A DNA stretch of 64,000 nucleotides from an uncultured cyanobacterium (GTDB taxonomy: Bacteria > Cyanobacteriota > Cyanobacteriia > Pseudanabaenales > Pseudanabaenaceae), in assembly GCA_963703315.1 (NCBI GenBank), contig OY969811.1, positions 3,296,001 to 3,360,000 on the forward strand, in the 5' to 3' direction. The position numbers and the translations under genes are program-made. The notes under the pieces were generated by a model, which had not been told where the DNA came from, did not search any database, and saw only the letters and a list, made by a program, of their open reading frames with translations. Shown piece after piece: positions 11,243 through 20,168 of this stretch; position 1 is the stretch's first letter; each line of letters opens with the position of its first letter.

Positions 11243-11578
11243 TCTAATGCCAGAATCGCAGTCTCACCATCCATTAAGGGCATCATCATATCCATTAACA
11301 CTACACCAATTCTATCTTTATTAGGATTTACGCAATAGCCCTGTAATAAATTACGGGCTGAAAGCTTAAACCCGTTGAAACGGGTTGATCGGAGGGCGCT
11401 TTTTAGTCCGCTTTAGCTGACTTTAGCTTCGCAGCCCAGAACTTTAGTTCTTGGTTGGTTTGCGTAAGTTCTATTTATGTTGGGCATAAATGACGATCGC
11501 ATCAACTCCATCACAGGCAGTCATCACCTGACAATTAAATGACTCAAGTAATGCCTTAGTAGTCTCTCGAAATGGAAT
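11243..11578 (-). pseudogene. Receiver (REC) domain remnant interrupted by a 152-bp element
   Basis: Removing the insert and one TTTAT gives in-frame IPFRETTKALLESFNCQVMTACDGVDAIVIYAQHK-DRIGVVLMDMMMPLMDGETAILAL, typical of a hybrid-kinase receiver. Confidence 0.85.
11322..11473. mobile_element. 152-bp MITE with TIRs TAGGATTTACGCA/TGCGTAAGTTCTA and 5-bp TSD TTTAT
   Basis: Imperfect 13-bp TIRs; TTTAT at 11317-11321 and 11474-11478; internal hairpin AACCCGTTGAAACGGGTT. Confidence 0.85.
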
Positions 11579-11673
11579 CTATAAAAGCACGGCTCCGCCG
11601 TGCTTTTATAGATTTATCTAGGTTTTAAGTCGTCGTAAAGCGCTGTAGTGAGAAGTGATTAGCTAGCTATTAC

Positions 11674-12732
11674 TTACGCTTTGTTGCTGGACTTAGGTGA
11701 TTGAGCGAGATACTTTTGTAACTGCTCCATTGCTAGCATTAACTGCGGCGTAGGATCGATCGCGACGAGACCATCCTTCATCTTTTGCCAAATCTCGAAG
11801 TGTAAGTGAGGTCCAGTCGCTAAACCAGTACTACCGACTAAACCAATCACCGTTCCTTGTCTGACTTCTTGCCCTGTTTTGACCAATACCTCAGACAAGT
11901 GAGCATAGCGTGTCTCGTGGGTGTCACCGTGAGAAATAACTACAATCAAGCCATAGCCACCAAGCCAACCTGCAATTTCTACTCGACCACTAAAGGCAGC
12001 GACAACAGGTGTACCTTCGGCGGCGGCGAGGTCTGTACCTTGGTGGAAGCGGACTTGACCAGTGACAGGATGTACGCGAGTACCAAATAGCGAACTAATG
12101 GCAGATGGGGCAATCAATGGGAAGAGCATTTGCTTATCACCATTGCTCGGCAAGCTCATTGCTGCAATCTCGTCTGGAGTAAGGCGACGTACTTGCACAG
12201 CAGTTTCACCTGATGCCGCAGCATAGAGGACTTTGCCATTTTGGTAATAGTTTTGCCGATCGCTAACCGCTACTTCAGGAGCGCAAAGATTAGATCTACG
12301 TCCCGCAAGTTCACTTGCTTTCGTTTGGCAACCACTAGAGCGATTTTCGAGGACGATTTCTACGGGTTGCGATCGCCTTACGGATGCTTTTGGTGATGTC
12401 TTTAATGTAGTTTCAATGTTAACTTGGACAGACTCGCGATTATTGCCAGTACTTACAGGATTATTGACGGGCGCAGAATTACGATTGCTGTCACTTTTGA
12501 TTTCTACGGTGATTGGTGCAGGAGCGATCGCAGGTTGTGATTGGATTGGTTGCGACTGGACTGGTGGTTGTGGCTGGACTTGGGGGACTGGGGCAGAGGG
12601 TTGGGATACTGCAATATCAGGAGAAATCGCTGATTTGCTAGCAGCGTATGCTGAGCTAACTAGAACATAGTTATTTGTAGAGAAGCAAAGCAGGGTAGCT
12701 AGAGTAATTGTGGAAAGTGTGGATTTTCGCAT
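11674..12732 (-). CDS. M23 family metallopeptidase
   Basis: Signal peptide; HQGTDLAA, YAHL and TGPHLHFE zinc motifs; ATG at 12732. Confidence 0.93.
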   Translation of the reverse strand: MRKSTLSTITLATLLCFSTNNYVLVSSAYAASKSAISPDIAVSQPSAPVPQVQPQPPVQSQPIQSQPAIAPAPITVEIKSDSNRNSAPVNNPVSTGNNRESVQVNIETTLKTSPKASVRRSQPVEIVLENRSSGCQTKASELAGRRSNLCAPEVAVSDRQNYYQNGKVLYAAASGETAVQVRRLTPDEIAAMSLPSNGDKQMLFPLIAPSAISSLFGTRVHPVTGQVRFHQGTDLAAAEGTPVVAAFSGRVEIAGWLGGYGLIVVISHGDTHETRYAHLSEVLVKTGQEVRQGTVIGLVGSTGLATGPHLHFEIWQKMKDGLVAIDPTPQLMLAMEQLQKYLAQSPKSSNKA

Positions 12733-12743
12733 ATTTGATTCTA

Positions 12744-13457
12744 TTAATAGCCGACAGAAAAATTTTGAGGCTGATAGATCGCTTCTTGGGCATTGCCTTC
12801 CCATCTTACTACCAGTTCGCCTGTTGGTCTAATGTCGATGATTTGACCGTGAAGTTCCCGACCATTAATCATTTGACGCACATGGCGATCGCTCAGCATC
12901 TGCAAATATTCCGCCAAAATGCCTGTGATACCTTCGCGATCGCTGCGAGTTTGCGCCATCTGCACACCTGCCAGCACCACTTCAATCAGTTCATCCATAC
13001 TCGATAAGGTTGTTGGCAATTCACCTAAAGCGATCGCACCCTCAGGGACTTCATTTGTCCAGTTAATGCCGATCCCCACCACTGCATAGATAATCTTGTC
13101 CGCCTCAATCCTTGTCTCAGTGAGAATCCCCCCTAACTTACGGCGATCAATTAACAGATCATTTAGCCATTTAAGCTTAACTTTTGCTCCTGTTTCATGA
13201 AGCGCCTTGGCAATCCCCCAAGCTGACCACAGCGTAATTTGGTGAGCATTTGCCGCCGCTAAATTGGGTTGTAAAATGATTGACATAAATAGTCCCCCCA
13301 GATCAGACTGCCATTGATGCCCCCTTTGCCCTCTGCCTTTAGTTTGACGCTTAGCAATAATGGCAGTATTCGCTAAAACTTGGTGGCGATCGATGAGTCG
13401 CCAAGCTTCGCTATTGGTTGAGTCTATTTCCTCGTAACGGATAATTTGCAAATTCAA
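12744..13457 (-). CDS. birA: Biotin--[acetyl-CoA-carboxylase] ligase
   Basis: IDSTN, QTKGRGQRG, KLKWLND, KLGGILTE and GIGIN motifs. Confidence 0.93.
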   Translation of the reverse strand: MNLQIIRYEEIDSTNSEAWRLIDRHQVLANTAIIAKRQTKGRGQRGHQWQSDLGGLFMSIILQPNLAAANAHQITLWSAWGIAKALHETGAKVKLKWLNDLLIDRRKLGGILTETRIEADKIIYAVVGIGINWTNEVPEGAIALGELPTTLSSMDELIEVVLAGVQMAQTRSDREGITGILAEYLQMLSDRHVRQMINGRELHGQIIDIRPTGELVVRWEGNAQEAIYQPQNFSVGY

Positions 13458-13650
13458 AGTAGTTGCTGGCTTTCTACGAATTAGATTTTATGTGGCGCGG
13501 CTCCGCCGCGCCACATAAAATCTGGGTTCTTATTTTACTGCGCGTCTCTAAACTTCAAAATAGAGTATTTTACTTTTGAACCTTTTGATCGTAGTGCTTG
13601 TCAAAACCCTCGTACAGATAATTAAGCCTTCCACAAAAGGGGAAAATCAA

Positions 13651-14115
13651 ATGTTTCGTAATATCAAAAAATTGGCAGCGATCGCTTTTGTAACTGTAGC
13701 CGTTGGAGCCGTTGCCATTCCAAATCTCGTTAATGCTCAAAATACTACTAACAATCGCACCGAAACCCGTAAGCCCCGTCAAGGTGATGGTGCTTGGAAA
13801 AAGCTGAACTTGACTGATGCTCAAAAGGCACAAATGAAGACTATTCGCGAAAATGCGAAAACTCGTAGTCAAAGTGTATTTACTCCTGAGCAACGCGCCA
13901 TGATGGAAAAAGCCCGTCAATCTGGTGAGCGTAAGGGCGTACGCAAAGAATTGGGTCTGACTGATGCTCAAAAGCAACAGTTGAAGGCGATCGCCGAAGA
14001 CACCAAGACACAAATGAAGAGTGTTTTGACTCCTGAACAACAACAACAGGTTGAGCAAATGAAGCAACAACGTCAATCCAAGCGTGGAATGATGCGTCAA
14101 GGAACTACTCGTTAG
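13651..14115 (+). CDS. Spy/CpxP family periplasmic chaperone-like protein
   Basis: Signal peptide; repeated LTDAQK and LTPEQ (LTxxQ) motifs. Confidence 0.85.
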   Translation: MFRNIKKLAAIAFVTVAVGAVAIPNLVNAQNTTNNRTETRKPRQGDGAWKKLNLTDAQKAQMKTIRENAKTRSQSVFTPEQRAMMEKARQSGERKGVRKELGLTDAQKQQLKAIAEDTKTQMKSVLTPEQQQQVEQMKQQRQSKRGMMRQGTTR

Positions 14116-14205
14116 TCTTCGCAAAACAGCATCGCTTATCGTTGTTTATGCAAACACAAGGGTAGATTTGTGCTGCACATCTACTCTTGTGTTTTGATTG
14201 GAAAC

Positions 14206-14320
14206 TATAGCCATAGCCAAGCAAGTTAAGACATAAAATCCAAAAGAGAGTTGCGGCGCGAAGCGCCGCAACTCTCTTTTGGATTTTGGTTTTGTCCTAA
14301 CATAACTGACTACAGCTATA
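14206..14320. repeat. TATAGC-ended miniature inverted-repeat element
   Basis: TATAGC/GCTATA ends with GAGAGTTGCGGCGCGAAGCGCCGCAACTCTC hairpin. Confidence 0.85.
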
Positions 14321-14439
14321 TTTTCATACAAAGCTTTTAGCGAAATTCAAAAAATATTGCCAAATTGCTCATAAACAGTTGACTAAATGCGATCGCTATC
14401 TGCTATATTAATTGAGGTCAAAAAAATGACTTTAAAAAA

Positions 14440-14512
14440 GGGCGCTTAGCTCAGTTGGTAGAGCGTCTCGTTTACACCGAGAATGTCGGGGGTTCGAGTC
14501 CCTCAGCGCCCA
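14440..14512 (+). tRNA. trnV: tRNA-Val (anticodon TAC)
   Basis: Cloverleaf: GGGCGCT/AGCGCCC acceptor, AGCTCAGTTGGTAGAGC D arm, TCTCG-TTTACAC-CGAGA anticodon arm, GTTCGAG T loop. Confidence 0.97.
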
Positions 14513-14689
14513 TACATCATAGCTTGTATATAACAAATTTAAGCGAATATTAAACGCATATATAGGGATTAAAGCAATCACTTCTTGAGTGTCTCTAGTC
14601 GATAAACTATAGGGATTTTCGATAGTTTTCCAATAGGCTGTTATTATGCTTTGCATAGAATAGCCGCAAACTAATTGTCCGTCTAATTT

Positions 14690-14965
14690 ATGGAAGCTTT
14701 CAATCCGATTCCGCCAGAGTGGGTCGAAAAGGCTACACACGCTCATGGGTTTTGCTGTCCTAAATGTGGACAGCCGCCCAGCAAAGCTGAAGCTGTGTGG
14801 GTGAATCGCCGATCACCTGTTTATACTGAAAACCATCAACGCAAATGGCAAGAGTTTTATAGATGTGAGTGCCAAGCAGTTTGGTGGGCTTGGAGCAACG
14901 ATCGCCCACCGTCAGAATTTAGCGATCGGGCAATTCGGAACAGCTATGACGACGATTTGATTTGA
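14690..14965 (+). CDS. Small conserved hypothetical protein with Cys pairs (putative Zn-binding)
   Basis: CCPKC and YRCEC motifs; WVNRRSPV and WQEFY. Confidence 0.75.
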   Translation: MEAFNPIPPEWVEKATHAHGFCCPKCGQPPSKAEAVWVNRRSPVYTENHQRKWQEFYRCECQAVWWAWSNDRPPSEFSDRAIRNSYDDDLI

Positions 14966-14993
14966 GATTTAATTTGAGACTTGCATTGAACAA

Positions 14994-17354
14994 ATGAGAT
15001 CGCAATCTGCCTTGGTTCTGGCTTTGTCCTTCATTGCGGGTGCTTATGCCAGCTTTTTACCAGATTGGACGGGCTTTTATATCGTATTTGGAATTGGAAT
15101 TGGCTTATCGCTGCTTATTCCTGCAATTTGGCGTTTAGGACCTAAACGTTGGGTTTATTTATTAGCAACGGTAATTGCTGTTTTTGCTTGCTTTTATGTG
15201 AGGTTTCGTACCCCTCAGCCATTAGCTGATGATATTTCTAAATATGCGCCGCTATCCAATGCGATCGTGCGAGGGCAGGTGATCGAAGCACCGAGCTTAA
15301 CTCGCAGTGAGAGGGCAAAATTTTTGCTAGAGGTGAAGGAAATTAACCCATCTGGCAAATTCAATATCCAAAATCCTAATAGTCTGGCAAATCCTGTTGA
15401 ACCCACAACTGCTAATAATGCAGTTACCACCGATAAAGACGCTGACAAAAAGTTTGTGGTGGCATCTGGCAAGTTATATGTGACCGTGCCATTGATTCAG
15501 GTGACGGGATTACGCGCAGGGCAAGCGATCGAGCTTTCAGGAAGATTATATTTGCCAAATCGGGCTGATAATTTTGGAGCCTTTGATTTTAAATCCTATC
15601 TGGCGCGTCAGGGCGTATTCGCTGGTATGAGTGGGCGATCGCTGATCATGCAGGGCGATCCACCCAATTTTGGGGAATGGTGGTTTGTCAGCAAAATTGT
15701 CCGCGCTCACGTTATGGGGGCGGGTGTGCCTGAAGGTTCACTGCTTAGCTCATTAGTATTAGGTAGTCGAGCCGTCGATTTGCCCAGTGATCTCAAGGAT
15801 GCATTTATTCAGTCTGGTTTAGCGGCAATATTGGCGGCTTCGGGTTTTCAGGTAACTTTGGTTTTAGGAGCCGCAATCGCTTTAAGTCAGAGGCGATCGC
15901 TAAAACTGCAATTTGTGATTGGCAGTCTGTGTTTGGGGGGATATTTATTTTTAACAGGAGGCAGTCCATCAATTTTGCGAGCAGTAATCATGGGCTTCGG
16001 GAGTTTAATCGGTTTAGTGGTGCAACGTCGCAGTCGTCCCGTTGTCGGTTTGATTATCACGGCAGTATTGTTACTGCTCTATCAACCGCTCTGGATTTGG
16101 GACTTAGGCTTTCAGTTTAGTTTTCTGGCTACGTTTGGATTACTCACTACCTCTCGCTCCATTTCAGAACGTTTGGAATGGATGCCTCCCGCGATCGCTG
16201 AATTATTAGCTGTACCGATCGCCGCTTATATTTGGACATTGCCACTGCAACTATTAGTATTTGGCAAAATTACGCCCTATAGCTTAATCGCCAATGTCCT
16301 GACTACGCCCTTAGTTTCTATAGCTACCTATGGCGGCATTATTAGCGGTCTATTAGGAATTCTATTTGTGCCAATTGGGGCGGCGATCGCTTGGTTACTT
16401 TATCCATTACTGCATTGGACGATTGACATTGCTCAATGGATCAATACCTTACCTAATGCCAATACCAGCGTAGGCTCGATCTCGATCTGGCAAATGTTAA
16501 TCGCATACATTCTATTCATCGCGATTTGGCTTGTGCCTTGGTTTGGCAAAATGCAACGGTGGACAATCGCCTTTTTACTTGCCTGTGTGGTGCTATTTGT
16601 CCCCAATGCGATCGCTCAAGCTACAGTCTTTCAAGTCACCTTGCCCGCCTTTAATGATGTGCCAATTATGCTGATTCAAAATCAAAAGCAAACAGTTTTG
16701 ATTAATAGCGGCGATCGGCAATTTTCAAGTTTTACATTACAGCCATTTTTGCAAAAGCTCGGTATTAACCGTATCGATTGGGCGATTTCTACTGATACTC
16801 AGCCTGATTTTAGTGATGGTTGGAATGTTTTGATGTCTAGTTCTGTATCCATCGCTCAGTTTCGTGATCTCAGCCTCGGTGTTACCCCCAAGCCCTATCA
16901 AAATCTCCAACAATCTCTTGCCACAGCCAAAACTCCATTAGCTTCTCTCAAAATTGGCGAAACCCTCACAATCAATAATCAAGTAGAAATTCAGCTAATC
17001 AATCAAGCACCAGATGTCGTAAAAGTGAAAACTGGTGAGCTATCTTGGTTATTACTTGCCAATGCTGATCAAAAAACACAACAGGCGATCGCTGCCAAAA
17101 AAGATTTACTGCCCCAACTTTCGGCAAATATTCTATGGTGGACGGGTGGTCAATTGGAGCCAGCGATTTTGGAAGCGATTAATCCAAAAATTGCGATCGC
17201 CTCAGCTACTAGTGTGGTTGAAGTAATGCTAAATCAACTCTATGAAGCTAAAGTTAGAGTGTTTTGGACAGGACGCGATGGGGCGATTCAATGGAGTCCA
17301 GATAAAGATTTTCATACCCTCCGTGATCAACAGGATTCGCGATCGCCAATTTAA
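14994..17354 (+). CDS. comEC: ComEC/Rec2 competence protein
   Basis: OB-like domain with NFGAFDFKSYL; multi-TM competence domain (ASGFQV, PSILRA, DLGFQFSF); degenerate C-terminal beta-lactamase-like domain (WTGRDGAI). Confidence 0.93.
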   Translation: MRSQSALVLALSFIAGAYASFLPDWTGFYIVFGIGIGLSLLIPAIWRLGPKRWVYLLATVIAVFACFYVRFRTPQPLADDISKYAPLSNAIVRGQVIEAPSLTRSERAKFLLEVKEINPSGKFNIQNPNSLANPVEPTTANNAVTTDKDADKKFVVASGKLYVTVPLIQVTGLRAGQAIELSGRLYLPNRADNFGAFDFKSYLARQGVFAGMSGRSLIMQGDPPNFGEWWFVSKIVRAHVMGAGVPEGSLLSSLVLGSRAVDLPSDLKDAFIQSGLAAILAASGFQVTLVLGAAIALSQRRSLKLQFVIGSLCLGGYLFLTGGSPSILRAVIMGFGSLIGLVVQRRSRPVVGLIITAVLLLLYQPLWIWDLGFQFSFLATFGLLTTSRSISERLEWMPPAIAELLAVPIAAYIWTLPLQLLVFGKITPYSLIANVLTTPLVSIATYGGIISGLLGILFVPIGAAIAWLLYPLLHWTIDIAQWINTLPNANTSVGSISIWQMLIAYILFIAIWLVPWFGKMQRWTIAFLLACVVLFVPNAIAQATVFQVTLPAFNDVPIMLIQNQKQTVLINSGDRQFSSFTLQPFLQKLGINRIDWAISTDTQPDFSDGWNVLMSSSVSIAQFRDLSLGVTPKPYQNLQQSLATAKTPLASLKIGETLTINNQVEIQLINQAPDVVKVKTGELSWLLLANADQKTQQAIAAKKDLLPQLSANILWWTGGQLEPAILEAINPKIAIASATSVVEVMLNQLYEAKVRVFWTGRDGAIQWSPDKDFHTLRDQQDSRSPI

Positions 17355-17356
17355 TT

Positions 17357-18223
17357 ATGATGACTTCACAACTACAACTAGTTAAAAAGCTTTTTGAGCA
17401 TAAGTTGTTTTGGGTATTGGTAAACCTCAGTTTTTTAGCGACTCTACATATTTACTGCTTTTGGAAAATATCATATAGAACGCCATCATTAATTAATCTA
17501 TTAGGATGGGGAAGTATTGGGTTTTTATTATGGAAAAAACGACATCAATTCAAAACTAGAGGAGATGTAGTTTCATCTATTTTTGGACTGATATTAATAA
17601 TATGGATGATTGTTAGACATATCTTAATTCAATCACAACTATCATTTAATGTATTATCTTATTTCTTTCCATTAATTACAGTTACAGGATTGCTATTAAT
17701 ATTTATAGGGTTTAGCAAATTAAAAAACTATATATCCGAACTCATAATTGCGACACTTATTTCTCTGCCATTTGGCTCGATATATACTCTATTAAAGCCA
17801 ATTGTAAATATTGATGCTCAACTACTAAATTTCAATTTGCACTATCTAGGATTTCAGTCTTCGAGGCAAGGTGCTGTAGTTTCATTAACTAATGGCTCTG
17901 TCGAAGTAATGGGTAGCTGCTCTAGCGTTAGTCCAATCTTAATGATGATTCCCTTTATAATTGTTTTACTAAGTATTTATCCTACTAGTAAGACTAAACA
18001 ATTCTTTATTTATCTTAGTACAATCTTCTCTATTATTTTTATAAATAGTATTCGTCTTGCAGTACTAGCAATACTTATCGACAAGAGAGATTTAGTAAAT
18101 TTCAACTATTGGCATACAGGAGGAGGTGCTGCTGTTTTCTCAAATATAATTGTTTTCTTAATTGCTGGTATATCCTATCAAATACTCAGTCATTCTTCTA
18201 AATCTACACAACAGGAATTATAG
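17357..18223 (+). CDS. crtA: Cyanoexosortase A
   Basis: Multi-TM protein with exosortase triad: SVEVMGSCS (Cys), NSIRL (Arg), FNYWH (His). Confidence 0.85.
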   Translation: MMTSQLQLVKKLFEHKLFWVLVNLSFLATLHIYCFWKISYRTPSLINLLGWGSIGFLLWKKRHQFKTRGDVVSSIFGLILIIWMIVRHILIQSQLSFNVLSYFFPLITVTGLLLIFIGFSKLKNYISELIIATLISLPFGSIYTLLKPIVNIDAQLLNFNLHYLGFQSSRQGAVVSLTNGSVEVMGSCSSVSPILMMIPFIIVLLSIYPTSKTKQFFIYLSTIFSIIFINSIRLAVLAILIDKRDLVNFNYWHTGGGAAVFSNIIVFLIAGISYQILSHSSKSTQQEL

Positions 18224-18332
18224 CTGTAGTCACTTGCATTAGGACAAATCAAAACCAGAAGACGAGTGGCGGCGCGAATCGCCGCCACTCGTCTTCTGGT
18301 TTTGTGTCCTAAGAAAAACTTTTTTTGCTATA
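18219..18332. repeat. TATAGC-ended miniature inverted-repeat element (overlaps the crtA stop codon)
   Basis: TATAGC/GCTATA ends; GAGTGGCGGCGCGAATCGCCGCCACTC hairpin. Confidence 0.85.
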
Positions 18333-18449
18333 GGATGGGTTGGTGATAGCATAACCCATCATCTTTAAGCAATGGATGCGTTACATTACACTAACGCATT
18401 CTACAAATGATTAAGCCTTCCTACTTATATTAAAATTAGACAGCTTGTT

Positions 18450-19166
18450 ATGAGCCAGATTTATACATATAAAGATAAAAGATTAATAGTTGAGCGATTT
18501 AAAAAGTTTAAAATATTTTGCTTAGCAACTGTTTTTACTACAACTTGCATCGCTATTACTATTTCTGTACTCATTCCAAACTCTAAAACCAGACCAAAGT
18601 TTCAATTTCCTAGCCAAATAGATTTAGATGGATGGAAATTTCAATCCAGTAATGACTTCAAAAATCTCAAGGGTAATGCGATCGCTGCTAAGCAATATTT
18701 CTATACCTCACTTAATCAAGATGATTTACAAATCGATGTACTGTACATCAATGGCATGATTTCCATCCCTCAATCTCTAAGTATAATCGGATTGAGATAT
18801 ACAAGTAATAGTTTAGATATTCGCTATTCTCAAAATGTAGGATACTATGCGTTATTCACGGATCAGAAACGAGCATACTTATCTTCTTGCATTAATCCTC
18901 GTGGTACTGCAACAGTGACAGAAGAGCAATTTGTTGACAATCGCAATAAATATGATCTTACAACCGATCGCATTGTTTCTTATCTGATTGGAATTGATGA
19001 TTTGCGAGATTCTCGGTGTCTATTTACAACGATGTCAATTGCATTAGATACTTCTAAATCTATAAATCAACCGAGATATTCATCATTAGCTAAAAACTAT
19101 CAAAAATTAGAAAAATCATGGTTTCATTGGTATCAAAACTGGTCAGATAATTTTCCGCACAGTTAG
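18450..19166 (+). CDS. Cyanoexosortase A system-associated protein
   Basis: Single N-terminal TM; FQFPSQIDLDGW, AYLSSCINPRG and RDSRCLF motifs; follows crtA. Confidence 0.85.
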   Translation: MSQIYTYKDKRLIVERFKKFKIFCLATVFTTTCIAITISVLIPNSKTRPKFQFPSQIDLDGWKFQSSNDFKNLKGNAIAAKQYFYTSLNQDDLQIDVLYINGMISIPQSLSIIGLRYTSNSLDIRYSQNVGYYALFTDQKRAYLSSCINPRGTATVTEEQFVDNRNKYDLTTDRIVSYLIGIDDLRDSRCLFTTMSIALDTSKSINQPRYSSLAKNYQKLEKSWFHWYQNWSDNFPHS

Positions 19167-19221
19167 TTTAGAATGGCGCGGCTTTGCTGCGCCATTCTAA
19201 ACTAACTGTGCGGATTTGATA

Positions 19222-19296
19222 TATAGCGCTTTTCAAGCAAGCGAGGTATAGAGGAGGGAAACAATTCCGTACTTTACTAGACTGTGAAATGCTATA
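19222..19296. repeat. TATAGC-ended element (degenerate, GGAAACAAT subfamily)
   Basis: TATAGCG...GCTATA ends; related to 25943-26025 and 60861-60922. Confidence 0.7.
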
Positions 19297-19329
19297 ACAT
19301 ATTGCTAAAAAAATAGATTGGAGGTATTT

Positions 19330-20037
19330 ATGCAAGATATTCAAGTTCCAGCTATGAGCCGACAGACATTTTCATTGCTGAGGGGCTTAGGGTATTGTTC
19401 TCTAATCTTATTTTTATTAGATTTCTTGGCTATTACAATTCCTTTTAAATTTACAGATGCAGTTTGGGAGCTAACTGTTTATGGACAAATAATTGAAAGG
19501 ATTCCTCTCTTATTACTGTCTTTCCCATTAATTTTTTTTGGAGAATACAGTGCAAGAATGAAATGGGAACAAATTGCTACCAAAATTATTTCTTGGTTTA
19601 CTTTAATTATGGCAATACTTTTCTTATTGGGTATTCCTTTAGTCATTGTCAACACATTTCGAGTCCAGAATCTCCGTCAAGGTGAAATAATTACCCAAAC
19701 TGCAAAAAAGAATAGTCCTTTGCAGGAAGTTGTGGAACGCTTGAGCAAAGCAGGAACTGATGCTGAAATCCGCAATGTCTTAAGATTACTTAATCCACAA
19801 CAACAAGCATTAGTTGCTAAAATTCCTAAACCTCAAGAAGTTAAGAAAAAATTACTAACTGATATTACAACTTCAATTAATCAAACTCAAGCGCAATCAG
19901 AACAAGTAAAACGTCGAATTAGTTCAGCACTTTGGAAAAATTCTGTAAAATGGGCGATCGCCGCTTTGATTTCTGGTCTATTTCTTGTATATGTTTGGGT
20001 GCAGTCAAAATGGGCAAGGATAGGGATCAATTATTAG
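19330..20037 (+). CDS. hpsJ: HpsJ-like membrane protein (cyanoexosortase-associated)
   Basis: Three TM helices, coiled region, final TM; WELTVYGQIIERIPLLL and KNSVKW motifs; third gene of the crtA cluster. Confidence 0.75.
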   Translation: MQDIQVPAMSRQTFSLLRGLGYCSLILFLLDFLAITIPFKFTDAVWELTVYGQIIERIPLLLLSFPLIFFGEYSARMKWEQIATKIISWFTLIMAILFLLGIPLVIVNTFRVQNLRQGEIITQTAKKNSPLQEVVERLSKAGTDAEIRNVLRLLNPQQQALVAKIPKPQEVKKKLLTDITTSINQTQAQSEQVKRRISSALWKNSVKWAIAALISGLFLVYVWVQSKWARIGINY

Positions 20038-20038
20038 C

Positions 20039-20129
20039 TATAGCAAAAAAAGTTTTGCTTAGGACACAAAACCAGAAGAGAGTGGCGGCGTGGAGCGCCG
20101 TCACTCTCTTCTGGGATTTTAGTGCTATA
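20039..20129. repeat. TATAGC-ended miniature inverted-repeat element
   Basis: TATAGCAAAAAAAGTTTTGCTTAGGAC left end, GAGAGTGGCGGCG hairpin, GCTATA right end. Confidence 0.8.
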
Positions 20130-20168
20130 TGACAAATAATATAAATATTTCAATTATATAAAACTACA

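Noticed and set aside
13570..14124. 184-aa minus-strand ORF
   Set aside because: Antisense shadow of the Spy/CpxP gene
14440..14690. tRNA-Val as an island integration site
   Set aside because: No integrase and no duplicated tRNA 3' end seen in the window
14432..14746. 104-aa minus-strand ORF
   Set aside because: Runs antisense through tRNA-Val; spurious
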